Part shown: in pieces, positions 19,789 to 29,629 of the stretch | How the letters are laid out: every line of letters starts with the position of its first letter | Position numbering within the stretch: the stretch's first letter is position 1 | Virus record (IMG/VR): IMGVR_UViG_3300032285_004054 | Location: 154,401-218,400 of that record | Length of the DNA stretch: 64,000 nucleotides | Strand: one strand, 5' to 3' | Position numbers and translations under genes: made by a program | The notes under the pieces: generated by a model | Seen by the model: only the letters and a program-made list of their open reading frames with translations | What the model was told of the DNA's origin: nothing | The model's database searches: none

Positions 19789-20130
19789 ATGTCTAAATTC
19801 GCATCTGCTCTAAAATCTGTTTTTGAAGATATGGCTCTAGGAACACCTGCTCCTCAGGCCGGAAACTCTGCTGCAACCGCAAGTGCTCCTACTGCTACTG
19901 GTCCTGTTGCTACTTCTAATCCTCCTAATCAAACTTTAACTCCTAGTCCTTCTACTGGAGCACAGCCTAACCCTCTTAAAGCTGCAGCTGCTGTTACTGG
20001 TGCTAAGCCTAATTTACAAGCTAACGATCCTAACCTTTTAGCTTTTGCTAAATCTCAAAATTTAAATCCTCAAGATGTTTATAAAGCTTTAACATCTTCT
20101 GCTACTACCCATCAGCCTAACGTTCCTTAA
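19789..20130 (+). CDS. Ala/Pro/Thr-rich late protein with capsid-targeting-like N-terminus
   Basis: MSKFASALKSVFED; TAAATA 6 nt upstream. Confidence 0.6.
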   Translation: MSKFASALKSVFEDMALGTPAPQAGNSAATASAPTATGPVATSNPPNQTLTPSPSTGAQPNPLKAAAAVTGAKPNLQANDPNLLAFAKSQNLNPQDVYKALTSSATTHQPNVP

Positions 20131-20498
20131 TGCACGAGGCTGTAATCAATCTGCTTAAGCTTCAGAACCAATTACGTATTTGTCATTGGCAAACGGATTC
20201 TTTTTCTGAGCACAAAGCTCTTGATAAAGCTTATAACGGCTTAAATGGTGTTATTGATGATCTTGTAGAAGTTTATCAAGGTAAGCACGGAAAGCTAAAG
20301 TTTAACGATACTATTGATTTAACTTTAGTTAACTATGAAGAGATATCTCTTCAGGATATCCTTCAAGATGTTTACGAGTATCTTCAAACAACATTTGTTG
20401 ATGATATGGATCCAGAAATGGATACCGATCTTTTGAATATAAAAGACGAAGGTTTAGCTGTTATCAATCGTTTACGTTATCTTCTTACGCTTAAGTAA
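20130..20498 (+). CDS. Ferritin/Dps-like four-helix protein (DUF5856-like)
   Basis: HWQT...HKALD...Y...DDLVEVYQG pattern. Confidence 0.75.
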   Translation: MHEAVINLLKLQNQLRICHWQTDSFSEHKALDKAYNGLNGVIDDLVEVYQGKHGKLKFNDTIDLTLVNYEEISLQDILQDVYEYLQTTFVDDMDPEMDTDLLNIKDEGLAVINRLRYLLTLK

Positions 20499-20508
20499 TA
20501 GATAACAT

Positions 20509-21471
20509 ATGCTTTCTGAATCTTTTTTAAGTTTTTATAAAAACGGTTCGTATATTACCGAGGGAGGTAATGTATTCGGTACTACTCATCCTATTAAGAA
20601 AGAATATATTGATTCTACTTTAAAAGAATTTTATAAACAACTTATCGGTATTTTTCCTGAGGCTGATATTCATTTTAAAAGTATTCGTACTTTAGGTTCT
20701 GTTGGCAAGAAGCCTGAATCTGGAGATATTGATCTTGCTTTATCAGAAGATTCATTTAAAAATATTGATGATTGGGGTCTGAATAGATCTGAAGTAAAAC
20801 ATCTTTTTGATTCTTTTAAAAAGAAATCTAGAACCGCAACTGATGAACTTCTTCTAAAGAGAGCAGTTATTGTAGCAATTGCTGAAAAAATAAACGAAAG
20901 CGAATGTGATATAGTTACTGATATTAAGGGTTCCTCTGCAGGATCTCTTTTTTGTCAATTTCCACAATTTGATGATCAAGGTAACAAACTAGAAACATTT
21001 GTTCAAATTGATATTAATGTAGGAAATCTAGATTGGTTATCCTTTGCTTATCATTCTGCTACATATTCTGGTAATGTTAAAGGTTTACATCGTACCCAGC
21101 TTCTTGTTTCCCTCTTTTCACATAAAGGTTATACATTTTCACACAATTACGGTGTAAAAGATAGAGAAACTCAAGAAATTGCAGCCTCTACTCCTCAAGA
21201 AGCCATCGAACTTTTAAATAAACTATACAATATTGAGTTAACTCCTGATATTGCTGGAGATTACTTCAAATTAATGAATTATCTAAAGTATGAACTCTCA
21301 CCTGAAGATCTTCATGCTGTATACGACACTTACTTACGAATTTTAGATAGTACAAGAGCTGATATACCTGAAGATTTACAGGAATATTGGAAAGAACATC
21401 AACAACGCTTAGGTCTTAAGGGTAAATTCTTACCTAATGAATCAAACCTAGCAAAATATAAAACAACATAA
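20509..21471 (+). CDS. Pol-beta-superfamily nucleotidyltransferase
   Basis: GS-x7-GDID motif and VQIDI third Asp; N-terminal ITE/GGNVF. Confidence 0.75.
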   Translation: MLSESFLSFYKNGSYITEGGNVFGTTHPIKKEYIDSTLKEFYKQLIGIFPEADIHFKSIRTLGSVGKKPESGDIDLALSEDSFKNIDDWGLNRSEVKHLFDSFKKKSRTATDELLLKRAVIVAIAEKINESECDIVTDIKGSSAGSLFCQFPQFDDQGNKLETFVQIDINVGNLDWLSFAYHSATYSGNVKGLHRTQLLVSLFSHKGYTFSHNYGVKDRETQEIAASTPQEAIELLNKLYNIELTPDIAGDYFKLMNYLKYELSPEDLHAVYDTYLRILDSTRADIPEDLQEYWKEHQQRLGLKGKFLPNESNLAKYKTT

Positions 21472-21472
21472 T

Positions 21473-22888
21473 ATGTCTGGAGTAGCAGGAGGTAATAGAA
21501 TCAAAAGACAAGACGTATCTGATACGTTCAATGACTATGTTAGAAGGGTTTTGACAAGAATTCCTTCTTTTGTTAATGCTTCCTTATCAGGTAGTGTAAA
21601 AGTAGGTGCAAAAGATGATTACGGTGATCTAGACCTTATTGTTTTGTTTAAAGGTAAGGATAAAAAAGTGGTAAAACAGCAAATTATTGATGTTGTTCAA
21701 TCTTTACCAGATGCCGTTATTGTACCTTTCAAAAATCCTCGCTATCAGGGTAGAAAATACTATAATGCTGGGGAATTAATATCCGTATTATTCCCTATTA
21801 CAGGCCGTCCCGGAGAATTTATACAGGTTGATAATAATGTAGCTTTATCAGTTGAAGAGCACACATTTAAAAACAATTTTTTAGATTTACCTGCTGAAAT
21901 TCAAGGACTTCTTATCGGTCTTACAAAAGTAGTAACACTCGAAGAAAAGCCTTCTGAGATTTTTAAAAAATTAGGTATTACAAATTTACCAAAATTAGCT
22001 AGTAATCAAGAATTTGAGTTTAATTTAAGCTCGGTCAATCTTTCTCTTAGAAAAGTTACTCTAGATGGATACAAAGAGTTATCCAGGGAAGTAGTTTGGA
22101 GTTCATCTGATTGGGAAAAAGTAAAATTACTTCTTAGTAAGTTCAATATCAATCTACCTTTTGAAGAGTTACTGAATAGTATTGCCAGACGCTTAACAAA
22201 TCCAAGATCCAAAGCAAGAATTGCAGGAATCTTTAAGAGTATGGTGAGTGTTAAGTCAGGGGAGGTAGGTACCGCTAAGGGAGCAGGTAAAGAAAAAGCA
22301 CTTCTTGCTGTAGCTCAAAAGCTTGCTGAATCTGTTGAAGAAAGTCAACAGGTTGTATCAATTTATGCCGGGGGGTTTAAACCACCTCATAAAGCACATT
22401 TTAGAAACGCACAAATTCTTGCAAACAAATCAAACAAATTAATAATTTTCATTGGACCGAAAATACGGGAAGGGTTAACAATAACACCTGAGCAATCTAA
22501 ATCTATTTGGGAGGTATACACCAAGTATATTGATGTACCTACCGAGGTAAGTATTAGTAGTATCACACCAATTAGAGATACATACGAATGGATTGACTTA
22601 AATCAGTCAACTGTCAAACAGATCATTACCGGTACAACAAAAGAAGAGATGGGTAAGTTCTCAAGTATAGCTAAAAACGCTGAAAAATACCCTAAAGTTA
22701 CCGTAGTTGAGTTACCGGTAATAACATACGGTGAAGATGAAAAATTCTCTGCAGGAGATATTAGAAAATCAGAAGATTATATCAAATCCGGTAGCTGGAT
22801 ACCTGCTGAGCTTAGTGAAGAGGATAAGAAAAAAGTTATTAATATAGCTCTACCGAAACAAGCGTTTAGAGAATATTTTAAGAAATAA
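21473..22888 (+). CDS. Nucleotidyltransferase fused to an HxGH-like (cytidylyltransferase-family) domain
   Basis: GS-x8-GDLD plus IQVD; C-terminal GGFKPPHKAH...FSAGDIR. Confidence 0.75.
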   Translation: MSGVAGGNRIKRQDVSDTFNDYVRRVLTRIPSFVNASLSGSVKVGAKDDYGDLDLIVLFKGKDKKVVKQQIIDVVQSLPDAVIVPFKNPRYQGRKYYNAGELISVLFPITGRPGEFIQVDNNVALSVEEHTFKNNFLDLPAEIQGLLIGLTKVVTLEEKPSEIFKKLGITNLPKLASNQEFEFNLSSVNLSLRKVTLDGYKELSREVVWSSSDWEKVKLLLSKFNINLPFEELLNSIARRLTNPRSKARIAGIFKSMVSVKSGEVGTAKGAGKEKALLAVAQKLAESVEESQQVVSIYAGGFKPPHKAHFRNAQILANKSNKLIIFIGPKIREGLTITPEQSKSIWEVYTKYIDVPTEVSISSITPIRDTYEWIDLNQSTVKQIITGTTKEEMGKFSSIAKNAEKYPKVTVVELPVITYGEDEKFSAGDIRKSEDYIKSGSWIPAELSEEDKKKVINIALPKQAFREYFKK

Positions 22889-22930
22889 CTATAGTTGATA
22901 AAGAAATACGAGGTTATATAATAACCCGTA

Positions 22931-23212
22931 ATGAACACCGCAGAAACGTTTTCTTTTACAAAAGATGAACTAAATCTTATTACTGAATCTCTCTTATTTT
23001 CATCATCTGTTAATATCTGTGCAGATTGGGATGAAAATTCAATTACTAGTATGCTAGAGCTCGCTAAGAAGATTAAGAAGCATACAAAAACTGATACTGA
23101 TCTTAAAAATATTTACTTCTTAGAAGAAGAGAATTACGAAGAAAAGTGGACCGGTGATATTATTAAAAACTTTAAGGGAAAAATTAGAGTACTGGATTTA
23201 AGTAAAGCATAA
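22931..23212 (+). CDS. Hypothetical protein
   Basis: 93 aa ORF after TTGATA..TATAAT promoter. Confidence 0.6.
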   Translation: MNTAETFSFTKDELNLITESLLFSSSVNICADWDENSITSMLELAKKIKKHTKTDTDLKNIYFLEEENYEEKWTGDIIKNFKGKIRVLDLSKA

Positions 23213-23213
23213 T

Positions 23214-23732
23214 ATGTCTCAATACACATCTACTAAATTAATCGAGCTAGGCTCTTGTGCTTTTCGTCAATGGCGTGCTACCCACAGTCATTGCCAATAT
23301 ATTCACGGATATCGCTTAATGGCTAAGTTTTGGTTTGGTTGTGATTCTCTTGATGAGAAGAACTGGGCAGTTGACTTTGGAGGTCTTAAGGAGCTTAAGA
23401 AGATTCTTAACAATCAGTTTGACCACACCCTTTGTGTTGCTCAGGATGACCCTCTCCTAGAGGAGTTTAAGAAGCTAGATGATATTGGAGGTGTTCAACT
23501 CCGTATTATGGAATCAGTCGGTGTTGAAAAAACAGCCGAATGGTGCTTTAAAACAGCTAATGAGTTTGTAAAAAACCTAACACAGAATCGTTGCTGGGTA
23601 GAGAGTGTTGAAGTGTTCGAACACGAACAGAATTCTGCTATCTATTCTAAAGAAGATTTAACACTTAAAATAACACCTTCAGTAACTTCAACATCAAATA
23701 CATTTTATGCCTCAGACCGACCAGGAGTCTAA
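23214..23732 (+). CDS. queD: 6-carboxytetrahydropterin synthase QueD (HCxxxHGY variant)
   Basis: CAFRQW...HCQYIHGY, VDFG, FDH, E..NSA. Confidence 0.9.
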   Translation: MSQYTSTKLIELGSCAFRQWRATHSHCQYIHGYRLMAKFWFGCDSLDEKNWAVDFGGLKELKKILNNQFDHTLCVAQDDPLLEEFKKLDDIGGVQLRIMESVGVEKTAEWCFKTANEFVKNLTQNRCWVESVEVFEHEQNSAIYSKEDLTLKITPSVTSTSNTFYASDRPGV

Positions 23733-23922
23733 ACCTCTACTACTTAAACCTTACGCACCTGTAACAGGGGATGTATTTACAGAAGGTGAGTTCGGGTTTA
23801 CTAAACTCGTAGCTTTACTTAGTGTACTTGTATATGCACTCATTTATAATATTATTTGTACACCTTTAGGGTGGATTGGTATTGTAATATCTGCAATTGG
23901 GTATAAACTGATATCAAAATAA
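23707..23922 (+). CDS. Small membrane protein
   Basis: Two hydrophobic segments. Confidence 0.5.
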   Translation: MPQTDQESKPLLLKPYAPVTGDVFTEGEFGFTKLVALLSVLVYALIYNIICTPLGWIGIVISAIGYKLISK

Positions 23923-23923
23923 T

Positions 23924-24754
23924 ATGGAAAATAATACATTAGAAATTTCAGAGCACTTCTACTCCGTACAATGTGAAGGTATCTCCACAGGTGTACCGGC
24001 GTATTTTATTCGTTTGAAAGGTTGTAATCTATCCTGTGGTTTTTCAGGTAAAGCTATTGTAGATCTTAAGCGTAATCTTGAAGAAGTTGAAGGTTATGTA
24101 GTAGGTGGTAATATAACTGGTGATTTACACAGTGAAGGTAAGGCAACATGGACATGTGATTCAGCACCTGTCTGGCTCAGAGGTGCTCATACTACATACG
24201 AGCAGCTAGTACAATCTTGGGTTGATCAAGGTATCCTAGATTGGATTCTAGATGGTACAATTCATCTTATCTGGACAGGAGGTGAACCTACAATACCTAA
24301 GCATCAAAAAGCAATTGTCGGTTTCTTGAAGTGGTTTGCTGACAAATATAAAACAGAAAAAGTTTATAGTGAGATTGAAACTAACGGTTCAATTGTTATT
24401 GAAGATAGTCTTCTTACTTGGCTAGATCAGATTAATTGCTCGGTTAAGCTTCATAATTCAGGCATGGATAAAGATAAGCGTATTAATGAACAGGCACTTC
24501 GCCGTATTAAGCTTCATCGCAATTATTCATTTAAGTTTGTAATCTCTGACGAGGAAGATTTAGTAGAAATTATTAGAGATTTTGTAGTACCTTTTGAAAT
24601 ACCTACTAACAGAATCTGTATGATGCCCGGACTAGATAGTCAAGAACATTACCATGAAAGGACACGTTTTGTTTTAGAGATGGCTAAGAAGTATGGTTTT
24701 AGAGGTTTATCACGTTTACATATTAGTGCTTGGGATCAAGCAACAGGTGTATGA
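23924..24754 (+). CDS. queE: Radical SAM 7-carboxy-7-deazaguanine synthase QueE
   Basis: FYSVQCEG, RLKGCNLSC...CDS, TGGEP, EIETNG, RLHI. Confidence 0.92.
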   Translation: MENNTLEISEHFYSVQCEGISTGVPAYFIRLKGCNLSCGFSGKAIVDLKRNLEEVEGYVVGGNITGDLHSEGKATWTCDSAPVWLRGAHTTYEQLVQSWVDQGILDWILDGTIHLIWTGGEPTIPKHQKAIVGFLKWFADKYKTEKVYSEIETNGSIVIEDSLLTWLDQINCSVKLHNSGMDKDKRINEQALRRIKLHRNYSFKFVISDEEDLVEIIRDFVVPFEIPTNRICMMPGLDSQEHYHERTRFVLEMAKKYGFRGLSRLHISAWDQATGV

Positions 24755-25380
24755 AAATTGCTATAATAGGTACACATTGTAACGGTAAGACAACTCTTAT
24801 TGAGGAATTTCTAAAGCGCTGGCCAATGTATAAGAAGCCAGCGAAGACGTATAGAGATTTCTTAAATGATAAGAAAATAAAAATTAATCAAAAAGGCACT
24901 AAAGAGAGCCAGAGAGCGATACTTGATGCACTTATTGATGAAGTACAAACGGCTTGCGGATCAGGAGATGAGTTTCTTATCTTTGATCGTTGTGTATTAG
25001 ACAATCTTGTTTATTCACTTTGGCTTAATGCAAAAGGTAAAGTTGATGATAACTTTATTATGGATTGTAAGTTTCTAGTATCTGAAACAATTAAGCTTTT
25101 TGATATTATCTTTTACATACCTTTAAGAGAAGAAATTAAATTAGAGAAGAGAAAACATAGAGATATTGACCCTGTTTATCGAGAGGAAATTGATAATATA
25201 TTCTCAGCGGTTATTGGTACATATCTTACTGGGTCAGGTATTTTCTTTCCGTTAAGTGATTGCCCGGCTGTTATTGAAATTGAAGGTCCGCCGGATCTAA
25301 GATGCGATCAAATACAGCTCTATATTAAAGATACAGGAAAAACGTATACAGAGGAAGATCCATCGTTAATTTATACATAA
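24751..25380 (+). CDS. Second P-loop nucleotide kinase-like protein (AAA_28-like)
   Basis: GTHCNGKTT, FDRCVLD; ATG 24751 overlaps the queE stop. Confidence 0.8.
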   Translation: MKIAIIGTHCNGKTTLIEEFLKRWPMYKKPAKTYRDFLNDKKIKINQKGTKESQRAILDALIDEVQTACGSGDEFLIFDRCVLDNLVYSLWLNAKGKVDDNFIMDCKFLVSETIKLFDIIFYIPLREEIKLEKRKHRDIDPVYREEIDNIFSAVIGTYLTGSGIFFPLSDCPAVIEIEGPPDLRCDQIQLYIKDTGKTYTEEDPSLIYT

Positions 25381-25398
25381 TCATATTAAATATATGAT

Positions 25399-26400
25399 AT
25401 GTTGGATTTTAGGTCAATAGTACATGAAAAGCTCTTTTTAGAAGAAGAAGAGATAGCTTCGCCTCCTACCAGTACTGCAAGTGATGCTGAGATAACTTTT
25501 TTTAAGAAAATTAACACAGCTAATAGTTCAATTCCTCAAAAACAAGAAGATGTTAGGAAATTTGTACAAACACTTTTAAGTAAACAAAGCGATTATCAGG
25601 CTGTAAAGGATTTTATTCCTTATGAGGATTATCTACCTATAATAGACATTATCTATACCAGTCTAGGTAGTAAAGCAGGTTTTTTAGCAAGTAAAAGCCC
25701 AGATGGTACCTTAGATAAACTTTGGAATAACGTTAATGCTGCGCTAGATGCAAATCCTACTATTTTAAATAAACTTAAAAATAAAAATATTGATACGTAC
25801 GTATATCAGGATACTGTTATAGAAGGAATGGCCAAGAATATTCTAGATTTTAAAAATAAGAGCTTAATAGCAGCAGCAGCTTATCAAACAATAGGTCCAA
25901 TGTTTATTGTACCGGCCTTAGAATCAATTTTCGAAAAAAGACTTAGCGTCGAAACACAGTTAAAAATTTCAGGTAATAAAACAGGCTATGTAACACCGGA
26001 TATTTACAGAAGCTTTATACAGGATATTTTTACACACTACACTGAATACAGTACAGGCGGAAAAAAAGTAGATGATAAAATACTTTCAGGTTTAACAGAA
26101 GCAGGTATAAACTATCAAGCTTTAATTTATATAGCAATTTCTACTATAAAATTTTATAATAACCTATTAGTAGATTTATTAACTAAATCGTTTGCAGAAG
26201 ATGATCCTAAGCAAGATATAATCGGTAAATATCTAGAAAAGGAATTAGTAGATAACACTAATGCAAAAAAATATGCATTTCAGTTAGCGTTAACAGGTAA
26301 ATTTAACTCTGATTTTGGAGTCAAAACCTCTGATATTGAAAAATCACCTGCTGGTAAACAACAATTTCCAGCATCACCAACACCAACACCAACTGCGTAA
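25399..26400 (+). CDS. Late protein with capsid-targeting-like N-terminus
   Basis: MLDFRSIVHEKLFLEE; TAAATA 6 nt upstream. Confidence 0.6.
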   Translation: MLDFRSIVHEKLFLEEEEIASPPTSTASDAEITFFKKINTANSSIPQKQEDVRKFVQTLLSKQSDYQAVKDFIPYEDYLPIIDIIYTSLGSKAGFLASKSPDGTLDKLWNNVNAALDANPTILNKLKNKNIDTYVYQDTVIEGMAKNILDFKNKSLIAAAAYQTIGPMFIVPALESIFEKRLSVETQLKISGNKTGYVTPDIYRSFIQDIFTHYTEYSTGGKKVDDKILSGLTEAGINYQALIYIAISTIKFYNNLLVDLLTKSFAEDDPKQDIIGKYLEKELVDNTNAKKYAFQLALTGKFNSDFGVKTSDIEKSPAGKQQFPASPTPTPTA

Positions 26401-26408
26401 ACATATAT

Positions 26409-26747
26409 ATGAGTAATTTATTTGATAAAATTATAAGCGAAATTTTGTTAGAAGGTAACGGTTATAATCGCGCCGCGCGAGGTGCCGGAGGCGGTAATCG
26501 CTCTAAGCAAAAAAGATACGGTGTAAAAAAATTCACACCGCCTGCTCCTGAGACTCCAACAGCACCTGTACAGGAAATTATCGATTATTCTAAAAATTTA
26601 TACACACTTAACTTTATTGAAAGCTTAAAAGATACTGATGGTAATGTAATTATTACTAAGTTTAAAGAAATATGTTCTGGTGTTCAAGCTAAACCTGAAA
26701 CACCAGGATTTGATTTTGGCATTTTCGGTAAAGGTTTAAACTTCTAA
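26409..26747 (+). CDS. Late protein with capsid-targeting-like N-terminus
   Basis: MSNLFDKIISEILLEG. Confidence 0.6.
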   Translation: MSNLFDKIISEILLEGNGYNRAARGAGGGNRSKQKRYGVKKFTPPAPETPTAPVQEIIDYSKNLYTLNFIESLKDTDGNVIITKFKEICSGVQAKPETPGFDFGIFGKGLNF

Positions 26748-26748
26748 T

Positions 26749-26988
26749 ATGAGCAAAAAATTTAATACATTAGTAGAAAGCTTTTTCCCTACAACACTTA
26801 AGTTGGTAACAAGGGTTCGCTACCCGAAACAAATACAATTTAGTCAGGAGTTTCATGAAGCTTTAAAGAAAGAGTATCAGAGACTTCAAACAATTGAAGA
26901 AAAAGAAACCGAGCAGCAAATCGCTCCTATTAGAAATTACAGAGATAAATTTCTTAAAGCAGTAAATTTTTGTATTAGAGCTCTTTAA
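26749..26988 (+). CDS. Small protein with capsid-targeting-like N-terminus
   Basis: MSKKFNTLVES. Confidence 0.55.
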   Translation: MSKKFNTLVESFFPTTLKLVTRVRYPKQIQFSQEFHEALKKEYQRLQTIEEKETEQQIAPIRNYRDKFLKAVNFCIRAL

Positions 26989-27986
26989 CGTTTAAGCTTT
27001 AACTTAGCCTCGATACCTGAGTAAGCGTTATCAACGATATATTTGTACGGAAATTCGTTAAGTTGTAAACTCGTACATACTTCATTTATATCTTTAAATT
27101 TACTAAACTCTTTCGGCCAAATAAAGATCTTCTTACCAGAGTCAACAACTGATAATATCTTCTTATCTACTTCTTTATTATCTTTATCGTTATCGTAGAC
27201 GTATATAAGCTCATGACCAAAGCAAGTATTGAGAAATTGTTCCTGCTTTTCTGTCGTTGATGTACCACCCATTGCTACTGCATTTCTAACAAACATAGCA
27301 TCAATAGGTCCCTCAAAAATAAAGATATACGGTATATCTGAATCAATATTATTTTCGCCGTACAAACATTTTTCACCATACTTAGTTAGGTATTTTGGAA
27401 ATGCATCACCGCACAATACTCTACTCTGATAGCTTTCTATTTTATTATTTTTAGAGTAAAAAGGTATAATAAGTCTATTCTTATGTACCTTGTCATCAAA
27501 TGACATATAAAGAGCCTTAGGTCTATTTACTGCAGTTGTTAATCTTCTCTCTTGACAGTACGTTAACGCACTTTCAATTAACGGCCACTGACTCGTATCT
27601 TTAAAGAAATTACATTGATAGTCTTCAAACAAATTTATACTATCCTCCGGTATTGAAGGAACAGATTTAGTATATGTATTACTATTTTTTGAACTTACCG
27701 GGTCGGTAATTGTGTCATATGTTTTAGATTCTCTTAGAATCTCACTATAGCTTTTTTTACTTACCTCTTGAATCCAAGAAGACTCTTGCCAAGATCTACT
27801 ACAGTTAAAGCAGTAAAAATACCTATCATTAGTAAAATAAAACAAACGCCGCTTACTGCCAGCCGAAGAGCCTTCATTACATATACAACATTCTGCATTG
27901 TAGCACCCCTGGTGTTTTTTGTAAGTAGGTCGCTTGCAGTAGGTATAGATGTTTTGTACAACATAACTTTGAGGTAGTAACTCCAC
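26985..27986 (-). CDS. 61: DNA primase gp61-like
   Basis: CCIC...CFNC zinc finger, TOPRIM FEGPIDA and YDND. Confidence 0.93.
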   Translation of the reverse strand: MELLPQSYVVQNIYTYCKRPTYKKHQGCYNAECCICNEGSSAGSKRRLFYFTNDRYFYCFNCSRSWQESSWIQEVSKKSYSEILRESKTYDTITDPVSSKNSNTYTKSVPSIPEDSINLFEDYQCNFFKDTSQWPLIESALTYCQERRLTTAVNRPKALYMSFDDKVHKNRLIIPFYSKNNKIESYQSRVLCGDAFPKYLTKYGEKCLYGENNIDSDIPYIFIFEGPIDAMFVRNAVAMGGTSTTEKQEQFLNTCFGHELIYVYDNDKDNKEVDKKILSVVDSGKKIFIWPKEFSKFKDINEVCTSLQLNEFPYKYIVDNAYSGIEAKLKLKR

Positions 27987-28013
27987 CTCAATAGTATACT
28001 ATATTTTTATAAC

Positions 28014-28487
28014 TTATCTACGGGGAGCAGGCTGATTACCAGCTCCAGAAGCTAGATCACGAGAGCGCTTTGAGGAATTAATAAGATAACCATTTAAAAC
28101 CTCTATAAGACTACGAACTTGTTCTGCAATCTTGATAATATCTGTGGATGTGTCTCTAGAGATACCAGCAAAAAGGCTACCAGCAACATCAATATCATTT
28201 ACAAATTTCTGTAATGAATCACCTTTAGGGTTGTTTAAAGCATCAGCAAATTGTTCGAGCTTCTCAATCTGGGAGGAAAGATTACCAGCGTGCTCACCTG
28301 TACCGGTAGCAACAGGAGCAGGTTCTACACCATAGTTATCAGGAACAGGTTCATTTGTTGTTGAATCGTCTCCCTCTGAAGGTACCTGACCGTCGGTAGG
28401 AGGAGGTACATCTGTAGGAGCTGGAGCAGGAGGAGCAACTGTTTCATCTGCTTCAATTAATAGTGTATAAAGCTTCTTAAAGTCCAT
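28014..28487 (-). CDS. Late protein with capsid-targeting-like N-terminus
   Basis: MDFKKLYTLLIEA followed by a Pro/acidic linker; TAAATA upstream. Confidence 0.6.
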   Translation of the reverse strand: MDFKKLYTLLIEADETVAPPAPAPTDVPPPTDGQVPSEGDDSTTNEPVPDNYGVEPAPVATGTGEHAGNLSSQIEKLEQFADALNNPKGDSLQKFVNDIDVAGSLFAGISRDTSTDIIKIAEQVRSLIEVLNGYLINSSKRSRDLASGAGNQPAPRR

Positions 28488-28503
28488 AAATTATATAATA
28501 TTT

Positions 28504-28854
28504 ATGTTATTATTTATTAATCTTGTTTGTATTGTAGTGAGTATTTTGTTTATTTGGAACAAGACAGATGCTTTTATAAGTTATTGTGAGTTATTAGGAT
28601 GGTTTAAAACTACCATAAACAACTATAATTTAACATCTAATTTAAGTTTTCCACAGTTTTTATACGTTACCTATAAGCATAGTATGAAAAACAAATTGAC
28701 GCTGTTCTCCCTAAAGCTAATAACTTGTCCTATATGTCTAGGTCTGTGGTTAAGCAGTATACTATGCTTACTTACAGGTGTATTTGCATACACGTTAATA
28801 GTTTTTATATTATCCGTAATACTATATTCTATTTTAGAACGCCTGTACTCTTAA
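28504..28854 (+). CDS. Membrane protein
   Basis: Hydrophobic helices and CPICLGLW. Confidence 0.55.
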   Translation: MLLFINLVCIVVSILFIWNKTDAFISYCELLGWFKTTINNYNLTSNLSFPQFLYVTYKHSMKNKLTLFSLKLITCPICLGLWLSSILCLLTGVFAYTLIVFILSVILYSILERLYS

Positions 28855-29629
28855 TATGTGTTAAAATATTCTCGATACGTTCCTGCATCGGGTTTAACTT
28901 AATGAGCTTATATTCAGTATTAATTACGTTAAACCAAATTACATAGGTATTTTTAATTTCTATTTTAGAATACTTTTCTATGAAATTTTTATACGCTGCA
29001 AGCTGCAAACTATAGGTATTAAATTCACAAACTTGTAGATCCGAAATAGGGTCATGATAAATTTCGTCAAATTTATTTGTAAAACGAATATCTTTATTTG
29101 TTTTATAGTCGTATATTTCAAAACCATTTACCTTTGGATTATACACTAATAAATCCATCATACCGCAAATACCTGTATCGTTAATATCACCGACAACTAA
29201 TTCGTTTTTAATTGGCAGTAGATAGTTGTAGTCGTCGTAAAATTTATGAAACTGTTTAACCAGCTCTAATACTTCTTTGTTAAGATTTTCATGAACCTCT
29301 TCACCAATTTCTTTTATTACAGCGTCTCTATTATAAGGTATAACCTTATTATTGTAATAATTTTCAATATAGTTATGAAGAATTGTACCTTTCCATGTGG
29401 AGTACAAATTATTAATTCTCCACGTTTCTAAAATCTCTTCAGGTGTAACGCCGAGCTGTTGCGCTTTAATATTTGACCATTTTACTTTATCGAACTTAGG
29501 CTTATACTTTTCTAGTAATCCTGTTACAGATAAAGAAGGCGCAGGTCTTCCTTTAATTAGATATCTATGATTGTGATGTAAAAATGTAATTGCATCAAAT
29601 ACACGCAAGCTTTGTAGTTCTTCAAACAT
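28829..29629 (-). CDS. PD-(D/E)XK exonuclease (RecB/Cas4-like fold)
   Basis: SVT motif, E...GMMD...DYKT, QLAAY. Confidence 0.85.
   Translation of the reverse strand: MFEELQSLRVFDAITFLHHNHRYLIKGRPAPSLSVTGLLEKYKPKFDKVKWSNIKAQQLGVTPEEILETWRINNLYSTWKGTILHNYIENYYNNKVIPYNRDAVIKEIGEEVHENLNKEVLELVKQFHKFYDDYNYLLPIKNELVVGDINDTGICGMMDLLVYNPKVNGFEIYDYKTNKDIRFTNKFDEIYHDPISDLQVCEFNTYSLQLAAYKNFIEKYSKIEIKNTYVIWFNVINTEYKLIKLNPMQERIENILTHIKSTGVLK

Noticed and set aside
25399-26988. One frameshifted or read-through gene
   Set aside because: Each ORF has its own ATG and CTS-like N-terminus; 26409 also has a TAAACA element.
28829-29629. cas4 as part of a CRISPR system
   Set aside because: Solo PD-(D/E)XK exonuclease without the Cas4 Fe-S Cys set and with no array or other cas genes.
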